A stretch of DNA of 64,000 nt from an uncultured Acidobacteriota bacterium (lineage in GTDB: Bacteria; Acidobacteriota; Vicinamibacteria; Vicinamibacterales; UBA2999): NCBI GenBank assembly GCA_963807405.1, contig CAWEBU010000006.1:1511733-1575732 (forward strand). The letters are read 5' to 3'. A program made the translations under genes and the position numbers. Shown here piece after piece: positions 19,650-29,781 of the stretch (positions within the stretch are counted from its first letter, which is position 1; the number at the start of each line of letters is the position of its first letter). The notes under the pieces were generated by a model that saw only the letters and a list, made by a program, of their open reading frames with translations, made no database searches and was not told the DNA's origin.

Positions 19650-20360
19650 TCAGAGGCCGGCGAACAGCCGGACCGATGCCGTCGGCATACCGCGGGTGCC
19701 GCCGGTGAAGGCGATGCCGCCGCTGCGCCAGTGCCACCCGAGTTCGGTCGTCACGCCGAGCGACCGGCCCTGCCGCGCGCCGAGAAGCCACAGGCGCAGA
19801 CCAGCGGCGGCCGACCATACCTGCCCGGTCTCGACGAGCACCCGCTCCTCGTGCAGCTGCCGCAGATAGGCGCCGCCCGCCGCCAGATACGGACGCCCGC
19901 GGCCACCGAACGACCAGCGCGGCAGACCGTAGAGCAGGCGCGCCCCCACGGTGTACTCGTCGACGCGTTCGCTGGCCGTCACCGCTGGCGCGCCCTCGGC
20001 GTCACCGCTGATGGCGACCGTGAGCGTCGGTCGCGCCGCTCCACCCACGATCTCGACGGCCAGCGTGCGCGTGACGGGCACGGCCAGACCGAGCTCCAGT
20101 CGCGCGGCGCCGTCGAGCGTCGACGTCGTGTCGAAGAGCGTGAACGGCGGCGGCGTCAGCGTCCCGAGCGTCGTGGCGCGGGTGGAGGCGGTGACCGTGC
20201 CGAGGGCTTCGCTGCCGCTCCAGCCTCCGCCCACGCTCAGCACGGGATGCCCGGGGCGCCACGAGACCGGAGCCGCGCCGGCCGGCTGTGCCGACGACCT
20301 CCCGGCCGCGGCCAGGAGCGCGCAGACGGCGAGAGCGGTGAGGCGCCCCGGCGTGGTCAT
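19650..20360 (-). CDS. Hypothetical secreted protein, possible small outer-membrane beta-barrel
   Basis: 236 aa with signal peptide MTTPGRLTALAVCALLAAAGRSSA. Alternating Gly/aromatic/hydrophobic strands run throughout (GGGWSGSE, YLAAGGAYL, GLRLWLLG, ELGWHWRSG). It has a 4-nt overlap with the matrixin gene. Confidence 0.45.
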   Translation of the reverse strand: MTTPGRLTALAVCALLAAAGRSSAQPAGAAPVSWRPGHPVLSVGGGWSGSEALGTVTASTRATTLGTLTPPPFTLFDTTSTLDGAARLELGLAVPVTRTLAVEIVGGAARPTLTVAISGDAEGAPAVTASERVDEYTVGARLLYGLPRWSFGGRGRPYLAAGGAYLRQLHEERVLVETGQVWSAAAGLRLWLLGARQGRSLGVTTELGWHWRSGGIAFTGGTRGMPTASVRLFAGL

Positions 20361-21349
20361 CTCGGCCGGACCTCGATCGTCTGGGCGCTCGACGCCCCGC
20401 CGGCCTGCACGACCGCCAGCCGCGATCCGTAGGTCACGGCGAAGGCGACGTCGACCTCGGCCGGCCCGAAGAAGCTTTCGACATCGGCGTCGTCGAGCGG
20501 CTCGACGCGGAGCACGTACGGCCCTTCGGTCACGCCGGCGATGACGAAGTCGCCGTTGGCGTTGAGGGTGTAGCCGGCGATCATCTCGCCAGACGCGAGG
20601 CCGAAGGCGACGACGTGCGCCCCATACACGCCGCGGCCGTTCTTCGTCACGCGGCCCTGGATACTGCCGAACTCCCCGGCCGGCAGCACCTCGTAGAGAT
20701 CCCGCACGCCGGCCATGTCGTCGGGCTGCAGCATCCGATCGGCGATGCTGCCGGGCGGCCAGGCAATCGGGAACATGATCGCGCCGGTCGACAACACGCG
20801 CCGGCCGCTGCCGCTGACCTCGGTCTCGCCGAGGGCGGAGTGGCCGAGCCCGAGCACATGTCCCAGTTCGTGCAGCGCCACGGATTCGAGATCGTGGGCG
20901 CCGGCTTCACCCGTCGCCGCGGTGGACCAGCGGAAGCGCGTGTTGAAGTAGATGTCCGCCTCGAGCAGCGTACCGGTCGTGGCATCGAGCAGGAACGTCG
21001 CGGCGCCGAGCACGCGCTCCTGGTCGGGGCGGTCGAGGAACCCGATGGTCGAGCGGCCGTCGGATTCGAGGGGCCGGCTGCGGGTGAGCCCCTGGGCGCT
21101 GAACGACACCGGCAGGCCGGGGACACCGTTCCAGGTGGTGGCGGCACGGCCGATGGCATCACCGAACGCCTGTGAAGAGATGCCCCCGAAGTCGCGCTCA
21201 AGGACGAAGTAGGGGATCGGGCCAGGTGTCCAGCGCACGGGGACGGTGCGCCCGCCCACCTCGATGCCGAACTTCAGATAGGCGTGGACCGGGGCCGTCG
21301 CGGCAGTGAGGACGCCGACGACGGTGGCGATGACGGCCAGGCGCCTCAT
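20357..21349 (-). CDS. Matrixin (M10A, MMP-like) zinc metalloprotease with C-terminal carboxypeptidase-regulatory-like beta-sandwich
   Basis: HELGHVLGLGHS (HExxHxxGxxH) plus the Met-turn GAIMFP. A signal peptide is present. The protein has no cysteine at all, so no cysteine-switch prodomain. The C-terminus GRVTKNGRGVYGAHVVA...PYVLRVEP resembles CarboxypepD_reg. Confidence 0.8.
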   Translation of the reverse strand: MRRLAVIATVVGVLTAATAPVHAYLKFGIEVGGRTVPVRWTPGPIPYFVLERDFGGISSQAFGDAIGRAATTWNGVPGLPVSFSAQGLTRSRPLESDGRSTIGFLDRPDQERVLGAATFLLDATTGTLLEADIYFNTRFRWSTAATGEAGAHDLESVALHELGHVLGLGHSALGETEVSGSGRRVLSTGAIMFPIAWPPGSIADRMLQPDDMAGVRDLYEVLPAGEFGSIQGRVTKNGRGVYGAHVVAFGLASGEMIAGYTLNANGDFVIAGVTEGPYVLRVEPLDDADVESFFGPAEVDVAFAVTYGSRLAVVQAGGASSAQTIEVRPR

Positions 21350-21891
21350 CGGGCGTCACCCACGGCGCGGACGTCGGCCGCAAACGCCGCCAGCGACCGG
21401 ACCGGCCGGGCAGCCGTGCCTCGCGCTACCCGCGTGGGCGCGGCGGCGGTATGCACCGGCGACGGCACGACCATCGCGGCCCCGCCCTGCCCGCCGTGCG
21501 CCACCCGGTAGACGCCGAGCGACAGGCCCACCGGCTGCGGCATCGTGGGTGCACGTCCGCGCAGGAAGACCACGACTTCGTCACCGGCGCGGAAGGTCGG
21601 CGCGCCGGGCATCACCAGGATGCGGCCGCCGGCTTCACCGCCCGGCACGACGAAGGTCGCCGTGCTGGTGTCGGCGCCCTTGAAGGCCGCATAGACGTCG
21701 AGCGTGACCGTCGATTCAATGGTTCGCCGATCGCTCGTCCAGTGGCCGCGCACCTCGCGCACCCGGCCGTGCACGACCGCGACGGACTCGCGCACCAGCT
21801 CTTCGAAGGTGGCCGGCACGACGGTGAGTGCCCGCGCCGGCAGCGTCATGGCCAGGATCGCGATCAGCAGGAACATCTGGGGCATCCGCAT
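21346..21891 (-). CDS. Hypothetical secreted protein, first gene of the matrixin operon
   Basis: 181 aa with signal peptide MRMPQMFLLIAILAMTLPARA. The stop overlaps the matrixin start by 4 nt. I do not recognise a family. Confidence 0.5.
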   Translation of the reverse strand: MRMPQMFLLIAILAMTLPARALTVVPATFEELVRESVAVVHGRVREVRGHWTSDRRTIESTVTLDVYAAFKGADTSTATFVVPGGEAGGRILVMPGAPTFRAGDEVVVFLRGRAPTMPQPVGLSLGVYRVAHGGQGGAAMVVPSPVHTAAAPTRVARGTAARPVRSLAAFAADVRAVGDAR

Positions 21892-21976
21892 GCCCAGAGT
21901 CTACTTCGATGATGGCCCGCCCTCGCAGGCCACGCGCCTGCGCACCGCGGCCGTGAAGCGGCCGTGCGGCGGCAGT

Positions 21977-23140
21977 CTACGGCACCGGCGTGCGTCGCGC
22001 CACGGCGAGCACGGCATCCGCCACGCGCGCGGACGAACCGGGCGGCCCCAGCTTCGTGCGCGTCTCGGCGAGCCGCGCGCGGGTCGCCGCCCACCGTTCC
22101 GGTTCACGGAGGAACGCGATCGTCTCGGCCGCGATGGCCTCGGGTGTGCACCCGTCCTGGATGAGTTCCGGCACGATGCGATCGCCGGCGATGAGGTTCG
22201 CCATGGCGTAGGTGTCGACGGTGACGAGCGGCTTGCCGAGCGCGTAGGTGAGCGGCGACAGCTTGTAGACGACCACCATCGGCCGCTCGTGCAAGGCGGT
22301 CTGCGCGGTGGCCGTGCCCGAGGCCGTGACGACGACGTCGGCGGCGGCGAGGACGTCGTCGGTCCGCTGCTCGACGAGCGGCGTCCCGGGCGCTGCCGCC
22401 AGGATGGCCGCGAACTCCTCGGCCGTCCGGCCCGGCGCCCGCGCCACGACGAACTGCACGCCGGGCACCGCCGCGCGGATGGCCGGCAGCGCCGCGGCGA
22501 TCACCGGGACCAGCCGCGACAGCTCGTTGTGCCGGCTGCCCGGCAGCAGCGCCACGACGGGCCGCGCGGCCGAGAGCCCCAGGGCTTCACGCCGGGCGTG
22601 CTGACGCCGCGCTGCCTCGGCCGCATCGGCGTTGGGCGCCGGCACCAGGTCGACGAGCGGATGACCGAGGAAGCGGACGGGCACGCCGGCCTGCTCGTAG
22701 AGCGGCGCTTCGAACGGGAAGATCGGCAGCGCCAGCGCGACATCGCGCTGCATCGCCTTCATGCGCCGCGGCCGCCACGCCCACAGCTGCGGCGTGACGT
22801 AGTAGACGACCGGCACGCCCTTGGCCGCGAGTCGCGACATCAGGCGGAAGTTGAAGTCGGGATAGTCGACGACGACCAGTGCGTCGGGCCGGGTCTCCTC
22901 GGCGGCCCGCACCAGCCGGCGCAGCACGGCGAACGTGGCGGGCAGGACACGCAGCGCCTCGGTCAGGCCGGTCACGGACAGGCCGGCGTAGTCGTCGATG
23001 AGACGCACGCCAGCGGCGCGGCACAGGGGGCCGCCGAACCCGAACACGTCGAGATCCGGCTCCCGTTCGAGCAGCGCACGCACCAGCCCACCGGCGTAGA
23101 GATCGCCGGACGGCTCGCCGCACGAGACCATCACGCGCAT
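21977..23140 (-). CDS. lpxB: Lipid-A-disaccharide synthase
   Basis: 387 aa. The N-terminus MRVMVSCGEPSGDLYAGGL and overall GT19 layout are typical of LpxB. Confidence 0.85.
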   Translation of the reverse strand: MRVMVSCGEPSGDLYAGGLVRALLEREPDLDVFGFGGPLCRAAGVRLIDDYAGLSVTGLTEALRVLPATFAVLRRLVRAAEETRPDALVVVDYPDFNFRLMSRLAAKGVPVVYYVTPQLWAWRPRRMKAMQRDVALALPIFPFEAPLYEQAGVPVRFLGHPLVDLVPAPNADAAEAARRQHARREALGLSAARPVVALLPGSRHNELSRLVPVIAAALPAIRAAVPGVQFVVARAPGRTAEEFAAILAAAPGTPLVEQRTDDVLAAADVVVTASGTATAQTALHERPMVVVYKLSPLTYALGKPLVTVDTYAMANLIAGDRIVPELIQDGCTPEAIAAETIAFLREPERWAATRARLAETRTKLGPPGSSARVADAVLAVARRTPVP

Positions 23141-23162
23141 GGCTGGATTCGCGGGGGGCGGG

Positions 23163-24686
23163 TCAGTTCTGCGGGCCGCGGCCGGAGCGGCGCAGATCGG
23201 CGGATGTCAGGTCGAGCTGCTCGATCGGGATGCGCTCGACACTCGTGAACCCTGCCCCCGCCAGCGCCTCGAGGAAACGATCGGCATCGCCGACCAGGAC
23301 CACCGAGAGCGCCGTCGGCTTGAGCCAGGCGCGCGCCACCCGCTGGACGTCGTCGACGGTCACGGAGCGGACACGCTCGGGATAGGCCGGCAGATCCTCG
23401 AGCGGCAGGTCGTAGAAGAGCTGGTTGAGCACGCGTGTCGCGATTGCGTCCGGCGACTCGATCGACAGCGGGAAGCTGCCGGCCAGGAAGTCCTGCGCGC
23501 CCTGCAGCTCGCCCTCGTAGACCCGCTCCCGCTGCACGCGGAAGAACTCGTCGACGACCGTGCGCAGCGCCTCGACGGTCGCCTCGGTCCGGGTGTCGGT
23601 CTCGGCGATGACGGCGCCGGTCAGTTTGTAGGCGTCGAGGTCGGCCGACGCGCCGTAGGTGAGCGCCTTCTGCGTCCGCAGCACCTGCTGCAGGCGGTTG
23701 CCGCCTTCCCCGCCCAGGATCTTCACCACCTGGTCCATCACCAGGTGATCGGGATGACGGCGCGCGAACGCCAGGTGACCGGCCCGGATCTCGGTCTGCA
23801 CGGCGCCCGGCTTGTCGATGACGATCAGGCGCTTGACCGGTGGCGGCGGCTCCATCGGGGCAAACGCCGGCACGGTGCCTTTGGCCCAGTCGCCGAACAC
23901 ACGCTGCACCTGCGCGAAGGCGGCGTCGGGTGTGACGTCGCCCACGATGGCGATGAGGGCGTTGTTCGGCACGAACCAGGCCTGGTGGAACTCGACGAAG
24001 TCCTGCCGGGTGAGCGAGGCCAGCGACTGCACGGTGCCGCCCGACGGCATGCCGTAGGGATGGAAGCCGAACACCAGCCGGTCGATGACCTGCGACGCCA
24101 CGGTGTCCGGGTCCTCGGCGGCCACCGTCAGCGACGACAGCGCCTGCTGACGTTGCCGTGCGATCTCGGTGTCGTCGAAGGCGGGCGCGCGGACGATGTC
24201 GCCCATCAGGTCGAGCGCCCGGCCGAGCCCGTCGGTCATGCTGACGGTGTTGACGAAGCTCAGGTCGGTGCCGGCGCCGCTGCCGAGCAGCCCGCCCATG
24301 AAGTCGATCTCTTCGGCGATCTCGGCCGAACTGCGCGTGGCGGTGCCCTGATCGAGCAGCGCCGCCGTCAGCATCGCCAGGCCTGCCTTGCCTTTGGGAT
24401 CCTGCGCGGCGCCGGCCCGCACCAGCATGCGGGCGCTGACGATCGGCTGCTCGTTCTGACTGACGAGGACGACCTGCAGCCCGTTGGCCAGCGTCCGGAT
24501 CTCATAGGGCGGGAACGTGACCGGCTTGGCGCGCAGCGGGCGCGGCGGCCGCTCCGTCGGCCAGCGCAAGGCGTCGGCCACGGTCGGGGGACGGACCTGA
24601 CCGGCCGACAACCCCACCACCGCGACCAGCACGGCGATCGAGGCGACGAGCGACGACTGCACGACGTGGAAGGCGCGGCGGCTCAT
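23163..24686 (-). CDS. M16 family peptidase, non-catalytic (beta-type) subunit
   Basis: Internal ATG 24686 (MSRRAFHVVQSSLVASIAVLVAVVG) within ORF 23163..25643. It has the pitrilysin two-domain fold pattern but lacks HxxEH. ATGA overlap with the upstream M16 gene. Confidence 0.8.
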   Translation of the reverse strand: MSRRAFHVVQSSLVASIAVLVAVVGLSAGQVRPPTVADALRWPTERPPRPLRAKPVTFPPYEIRTLANGLQVVLVSQNEQPIVSARMLVRAGAAQDPKGKAGLAMLTAALLDQGTATRSSAEIAEEIDFMGGLLGSGAGTDLSFVNTVSMTDGLGRALDLMGDIVRAPAFDDTEIARQRQQALSSLTVAAEDPDTVASQVIDRLVFGFHPYGMPSGGTVQSLASLTRQDFVEFHQAWFVPNNALIAIVGDVTPDAAFAQVQRVFGDWAKGTVPAFAPMEPPPPVKRLIVIDKPGAVQTEIRAGHLAFARRHPDHLVMDQVVKILGGEGGNRLQQVLRTQKALTYGASADLDAYKLTGAVIAETDTRTEATVEALRTVVDEFFRVQRERVYEGELQGAQDFLAGSFPLSIESPDAIATRVLNQLFYDLPLEDLPAYPERVRSVTVDDVQRVARAWLKPTALSVVLVGDADRFLEALAGAGFTSVERIPIEQLDLTSADLRRSGRGPQN

Positions 24687-26065
24687 GGGCGGGTGCTTCC
24701 GTTCTTCGGCATGACGTGCATGACGACGCGCGACGCCGGCGTGAAGTACTTCTTGGCCACGCGCTGGACGTCGGCGCGTTCCATGTTCTGGAAGGTCGTG
24801 AACTCGCCGTCGGCGGTCGTGAGATCGGCGTGCAGCACTTCGGCATGCGCGAGAATCTGCGCCTTCTGCTGCACCGTCTCGCGCATCAGGATGTAGTCGC
24901 GCGCGAACTGGTTCTTGGCCCGCTGCAGCTCGCGGTCGGTGATGCCGTCGGCGGCGGCCTTGTCGAGCTCGGCGATGAGCGCCTTCTCGACCTCGTCCGG
25001 CGACTGTCCGGGAGCCACCAGGGCCACGGCGTAGAAGAGATTGGGATGCTCGATCAGGTTGGCGCTGCCGAAGGCCGCCACCGCCAGGCGCTTCTCGTAG
25101 ACGAGCGTGCGGTGGATGCGCGAGCTGTTGCCGTCCGAGAGCACCTTGGCGAGCACGTGCATCGGATAGGAGTCGGGGTGGCCGTCGTAGGTGATGTGAT
25201 GCGCCACGATCACCGCCGGCAGCGGCCAGGCCTCCTCGAGCACGACGCGTTTCTCGGCCTTCTGCAGCGGCTCCGGGGCGATCTCGCGGGGCACCTTGCC
25301 GGCGCCGGGCGGGATGCGGCCGAAGTAGCGGGTGACCAGGTCGGTCGTCTCGGCGACGTCGAAGTCGCCGGCGATCACCATGGTGGCGTTGGCCGGAATG
25401 TAGAAGGTGTTGAAGAATGCCCGGACGTCGTCGATGGTGGCCGCGTCCAGGTCGGCCATGCTGCCGATGACCGGATTCTTGTAGGGGTGGGTCGTGAACG
25501 CGAAGTTGTAGAGCAGCTCGTTCAGGTTGCCGAACGGCTGGTTGTCGACGCGCATGCGCCGCTCTTCCTTGACCACCTCGCGTTCGTTCACGAAGGTCTG
25601 CTCGTCGATGCGCAGCGAGCCGAGCCGGTCGGCCTCCATCCACAGGACGAGCGGCAGGTACTGCGCCGGGACGGTGTTCCAGTAGACCGTGGCGTCTTCG
25701 TTCGTATAGGCGTTGGCCCGCCCGCCGACCGACGACACAATCGACGTGTGCTGCTCGGGCTCGACGTTCTTGGAGCCCTTGAACATCATGTGCTCGAAAA
25801 GGTGCGCGAAGCCGGTCCGGCCGGTCCGCTCGTTCTTCGATCCCACGTGGTACCAGAGCTGGACGTGCGCGATCGGCGTCGACCGGTCCGAGTGCAGCAC
25901 CACGGTCAGGCCGTTCGGCAGGGTCAGGCGCTGATACTGCAGCTTGGGCGGCGCCACGGCGGCGTCAAGCGACACGAAGCAGGCGGCCACGGCCAGCACA
26001 GCCACGCCGAGGGCCGCGCCCACGCGGCGTCGCAGGAGGGAAACGGCCGGCGTGAAGGTGTTCAT
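24683..26065 (-). CDS. M16 family zinc peptidase (catalytic subunit, HxxEH)
   Basis: 460 aa with an inverted zinc motif HLFEHMMFKG, a downstream E, and a signal/anchor at the N-terminus. Confidence 0.85.
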   Translation of the reverse strand: MNTFTPAVSLLRRRVGAALGVAVLAVAACFVSLDAAVAPPKLQYQRLTLPNGLTVVLHSDRSTPIAHVQLWYHVGSKNERTGRTGFAHLFEHMMFKGSKNVEPEQHTSIVSSVGGRANAYTNEDATVYWNTVPAQYLPLVLWMEADRLGSLRIDEQTFVNEREVVKEERRMRVDNQPFGNLNELLYNFAFTTHPYKNPVIGSMADLDAATIDDVRAFFNTFYIPANATMVIAGDFDVAETTDLVTRYFGRIPPGAGKVPREIAPEPLQKAEKRVVLEEAWPLPAVIVAHHITYDGHPDSYPMHVLAKVLSDGNSSRIHRTLVYEKRLAVAAFGSANLIEHPNLFYAVALVAPGQSPDEVEKALIAELDKAAADGITDRELQRAKNQFARDYILMRETVQQKAQILAHAEVLHADLTTADGEFTTFQNMERADVQRVAKKYFTPASRVVMHVMPKNGSTRP

Positions 26066-26079
26066 GGTCTTGGCTTCGA

Positions 26080-27126
26080 TTATGGCACGGGGGTCGTAGC
26101 CCCGCCGTCGTCGGCTTCGAGCGCCGCCAGGCGCCGCTCCAGCTCCTGTAATTGACGCCGCAACTCGGGCAGGCGTCCCACGAGGACGGACGCCTTGCGC
26201 CAGGCGCGGTTGTCGATTGCCGGCAGGCCCGAGACGAACAGGCCCGGTCCGATCGAGTTGGTGATGCCGGTCTGGCCCGTGGCCTTGACGCCATCGCCGA
26301 CGGTGATGTGTCCGGCCACGCCGACCTGGCCGCCCAGCATCACGTCGTCGCCGATCGTGGTGCTGCCGGCAATGCCGACCTGCGCCGCCAGCAGCGTGCG
26401 CGCGCCCACCACCACGCCGTGGGCGATCTGCACGAGGTTGTCGATCTTGGCGCCGGCCTTGATGCGCGTCTCGCCGACGGCGGGACGATCGATGGTCGTG
26501 TTGGCGCCGACCTCGACGTCGTCTTCCAGAACGACCGGGGCGGTCTGAGGGATCTTCTCGTGAGTGCCGTCGGGGCGGCGCGCGAAGCCGTAGCCGTCGG
26601 CGCCGATGATGGCGCCGTCCTGGATCACGACGCGGGCGCCGAGGCGGCAGCGCTCGCGAATCGAGACGTGGGCGTGGATGACGCAGTCGGGCCCGATCTC
26701 GGCCCCGGCGCCAATCACGGCATGCGACGCGATCGCCGTCCGCGGGCCGATGACCGCGCCTGCGCCGACGACGGCCAGCGGGCCGATGCCGACGCCCTCG
26801 CCGATCATGGCGTCGGGCGCCACGACCGCCGACGGGTGCACGCCGACCGGGAGCGTCGAGGGCGGCGCGAGCGCGGCCGCGGCGCGCGCGAAGGCGAGGT
26901 ACGGATCGGCGACCCGCAGCGTCGCACAGGGCGCCGCCGGGCCGTGGAGGGCGAGGATCAGGGCCGAGGCGCGCGTCTCGGCGACGCCGTCGGCGTAGGC
27001 GGCGCTGGCCAGAAAGCTGACGTCCCCGGGACCGGCCGCCTGGAGACCGGCGACGCGCACCACTTCCACGCGTCCATCGCCGTCGAGGTCGGCGCCAATG
27101 CGCTCGGCCAGCTCCTGAAGCGTCAC
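26080..27126 (-). CDS. lpxD: UDP-3-O-(3-hydroxyacyl)glucosamine N-acyltransferase
   Basis: 348 aa with an LpxD N-terminal domain ([10 protein letters not shown]...) followed by a long left-handed beta-helix of hexapeptide repeats. Confidence 0.85.
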   Translation of the reverse strand: MTLQELAERIGADLDGDGRVEVVRVAGLQAAGPGDVSFLASAAYADGVAETRASALILALHGPAAPCATLRVADPYLAFARAAAALAPPSTLPVGVHPSAVVAPDAMIGEGVGIGPLAVVGAGAVIGPRTAIASHAVIGAGAEIGPDCVIHAHVSIRERCRLGARVVIQDGAIIGADGYGFARRPDGTHEKIPQTAPVVLEDDVEVGANTTIDRPAVGETRIKAGAKIDNLVQIAHGVVVGARTLLAAQVGIAGSTTIGDDVMLGGQVGVAGHITVGDGVKATGQTGITNSIGPGLFVSGLPAIDNRAWRKASVLVGRLPELRRQLQELERRLAALEADDGGATTPVP

Positions 27127-27139
27127 GCCGGCCAGCCTA

Positions 27140-27826
27140 TCACGCGGATGGAACGGCCAGCCGTTCGACGAACGTCGCCAGATGCTGCAGTCCGAGCGTG
27201 GCTGCTGCCGCGTGCACGCGGCTTTCCTTCTCGGGCGACGGCAGGCGCGTGGCCGCGCGCAACTCCGTGAGCACGGTGTTCGGCGTCACGTGCCAGACCA
27301 CGGTGCGCTCACCACGAGCGGCCCCTCGCCACGCCAGCAGGTGGCCGACGGTGGTGAAGGTGAAGAAGTAGCCGATCAGGTTGGGTCCGGGAATGAAGAA
27401 GAAGACGCTGGACAGGATGAGCGCCACCAGATTGAGGAGGAACCAGCGCAGGTGCCGGTCGGAGTCCTTGCGCAGACCGGCGCGCGTGACGGCCAGGGCC
27501 TCGTCGGCCGACAGATCGTCCGGCGCCTGCAGGGCCGCCACATCGGCCGTGCGCAGGTGCCACAACAGGCGCTGTTCGGCGGCACGCTCGACGACCCAGC
27601 GCAGGAACTTGCGCTTGAGCCGGGCGCCGAACCCGGTCGAGGCCTCGGCGGCAGGGTCGTGATGGCGATGCCGCTCGGCCTCGGCCTCGCGCAGCATCTC
27701 GGAGAGGCGCCGGCGTTGCCGCGCCAGCCAGCCCGGCTCGTCGGCCGGCGGCCCGTCGTCGCCGTCGACCGGTTCGTAATAGAGCTCGTAACGATCCGAG
27801 CCAAACGCGATGAGGAACACCTGCAT
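27140..27826 (-). CDS. Hypothetical membrane protein
   Basis: Internal ATG 27826 ([19 protein letters not shown]...). It has a charged N-terminal half and two hydrophobic helices ([38 protein letters not shown]). No family recognised. Confidence 0.5.
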   Translation of the reverse strand: MQVFLIAFGSDRYELYYEPVDGDDGPPADEPGWLARQRRRLSEMLREAEAERHRHHDPAAEASTGFGARLKRKFLRWVVERAAEQRLLWHLRTADVAALQAPDDLSADEALAVTRAGLRKDSDRHLRWFLLNLVALILSSVFFFIPGPNLIGYFFTFTTVGHLLAWRGAARGERTVVWHVTPNTVLTELRAATRLPSPEKESRVHAAAATLGLQHLATFVERLAVPSA

Positions 27827-27866
27827 GTGTGAGAGGGACGCCGCCCTGATCTCCGGAGTTCGCTGA

Positions 27867-28784
27867 TTACTGGGGCGTCGACGCCGGTACTCGACGCGGC
27901 GCACGCGGGATGGTGGTCGGGACGGCGGGTCGGCCGGCCTTCTCCCACGCACCGGTGATGAAGGCGGCCGCCGCCGCAATCGAGTCCGCCACACGCTGGT
28001 CGACGAGTGGCAGTGCCTCCCGCCGGAACGCCGCGTAGAAGGCGTCGTCGTAGAAGGTGCGACCGGTGGCCGCGGCGCGGTCGGCCGCCAACGCGCGCGC
28101 GGCGAGCCGGTTGCTCTCGAGCAGGATGCGGAACATCTCCCCGCGCGGATCGCTCACCGGCGGCCGCGGCGCCGGAACGATGGCGAGTTCCTGCTGATAG
28201 CGTTCGAACAGCTCGGACTCGAAACGGCTGTGCGCGCCGGGCTGGCCGCTCAGCTGGCCGTCGTAGTTCTTGACGGCGTGCAGCGGCACATGGCCGTCGC
28301 TGACATAGTGCGCGAGCACGGCCGAGAACAGCGCGATGTCGTCGAGCGCATACGGCGGCGGGGACGGACGGGCGAGCGAGCGGAAGGCGCGCTCGAGCTT
28401 GCCGTGGAACTCGGCCACCCGCCAGGGCAGCAGGCCTTCACGGTGCACCACGTCGCGGCCGAACTTCTCCACCGCCCGGTCGTAGTCGCGCGGCAGGGCG
28501 TCGAAGGGATACGCGCCGTAGGGCTCGGCATCCAGGTCCAGGAAATGATTCGGCGGCTCTTCGTCCCACCCGACGTTGCGCCACAGGTCAGGATCGACCG
28601 AGCGCTCGACGATGAAGGCACGCCGCGCCTCGAACAGCGGCCGGATCTCGACAGGCAGGAGGCCGATCATGGCGCCGGCGATGTGACGGTGCGCCGGGAA
28701 GCCCCAGGCGCCGAGGGCCGCCGGCAGCGCGATGACGATCGTGACGACGGCGAGCGGGAGCGACAGCGCGCGCATACGTCCCAT
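27867..28784 (-). CDS. S1/P1 nuclease - zinc phospholipase C superfamily protein (secreted)
   Basis: Start MGRMRALSLPLAVV...ALGA|WGFPAH gives a mature N-terminal Trp, as in P1 nuclease and PLC. It also carries the motif HYVSDGHVPLHA (HxxxDxxxPLH). Confidence 0.65.
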   Translation of the reverse strand: MGRMRALSLPLAVVTIVIALPAALGAWGFPAHRHIAGAMIGLLPVEIRPLFEARRAFIVERSVDPDLWRNVGWDEEPPNHFLDLDAEPYGAYPFDALPRDYDRAVEKFGRDVVHREGLLPWRVAEFHGKLERAFRSLARPSPPPYALDDIALFSAVLAHYVSDGHVPLHAVKNYDGQLSGQPGAHSRFESELFERYQQELAIVPAPRPPVSDPRGEMFRILLESNRLAARALAADRAAATGRTFYDDAFYAAFRREALPLVDQRVADSIAAAAAFITGAWEKAGRPAVPTTIPRAPRRVPASTPQ

Positions 28785-28825
28785 TGTAGCGGCCTCGTGG
28801 CCGGACGTGGCCACGCGGCCACGCG

Positions 28826-29777
28826 TCATCGTGGGCCCGGCGTGACGCGAATGGCCAGCGCCGCCCAGCCGCCAGTCCCGGAGGGACTCGAGTAGCGCGC
28901 ATCGTTCAGGTGGACGAGCGTGCCGGCCGGCGTCGTGTCGATGACGAAGAAGGGGAACCGTGACCAGGTGAGGAACTGGCGCCCGCCCTCGGTCCTTGCC
29001 GCCGCCTGCGCCGCCGGATCGCCGGCGTGGATGTCCACACCGTAGCCGGCGGAGCGAAAGCTCGGCCGTGGCGCGAAGGTCACGAAGCCCTTGTCGTAGC
29101 GGTCGCCGAGATCGACGAGGACCTCGCGCCGGAAGGGATTGACGGCCACCGGAGTCACCATGAACCGCGCGCCGGCCTGGCCGGCTGTGGCGAGCACGTC
29201 GGCCACGACCGCCCGCGCCCACAGGTTCGAGGCGAACATGGCGCCGATGTAGAGCGCCGCCACGACCAGCGCGGCGGCCGCGCGTCTTCGTGCGACTGCC
29301 GGGACTGGCGCCCGGGCGGCCGCCCACACGCCGGCCCCGAGGACGAGGTAGAGCCACGGGTCGACGATGTAGAGCGCATCGCCGTAGAACCAGCGCTCCG
29401 AGAACGGCATGAGCAGGCGGATGCCGTAGCTGTTCATGTAGTCGAGCAGCGGATGCGACCAGGTGGCGAGGGCGGCCAGCAGCAGCACCTGGCGGGGCAC
29501 CACCGGTGGCGGCGGCGCCGGCCGCCGCTGGCGCACCAGACGGTCGTAGGCCACGACGAGTGCCGTCGAGCGCCACCGGCAGCAGGAGCATGGCCGGCGG
29601 GCCGTGGGTCCAGCCGCGGCGGAAGTAGACGGCCAGCGTGTCGGTGGCCACGACGGCGATGTCGATGTCCGGCGCGTTGGCCGCCAGGACCAGTGTCGGG
29701 AGCGCGAGCGGCGTCCGGTACTTCAGGCCGGCGTGCCCCATGGCAAGGCCGGTCAACGCGTGGCAGAGGTTGTCCAT
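28826..29777 (-). pseudogene. YdjM-like membrane-bound metal-dependent hydrolase, one extra base around 29565-29580
   Basis: ATG 29777 gives MDNLCHALTGLAMGHAGLKYR...RRGWTHGPPAMLLLPV, a YdjM/DUF457-type N-terminus. The sequence then continues in ORF 28826..29554 (...TALVVAYDRLV...SHPLLDYMNSYGIRLLMPFSERWFYGDALYIVDPWL). Confidence 0.65.
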
Positions 29778-29781
29778 GCCG

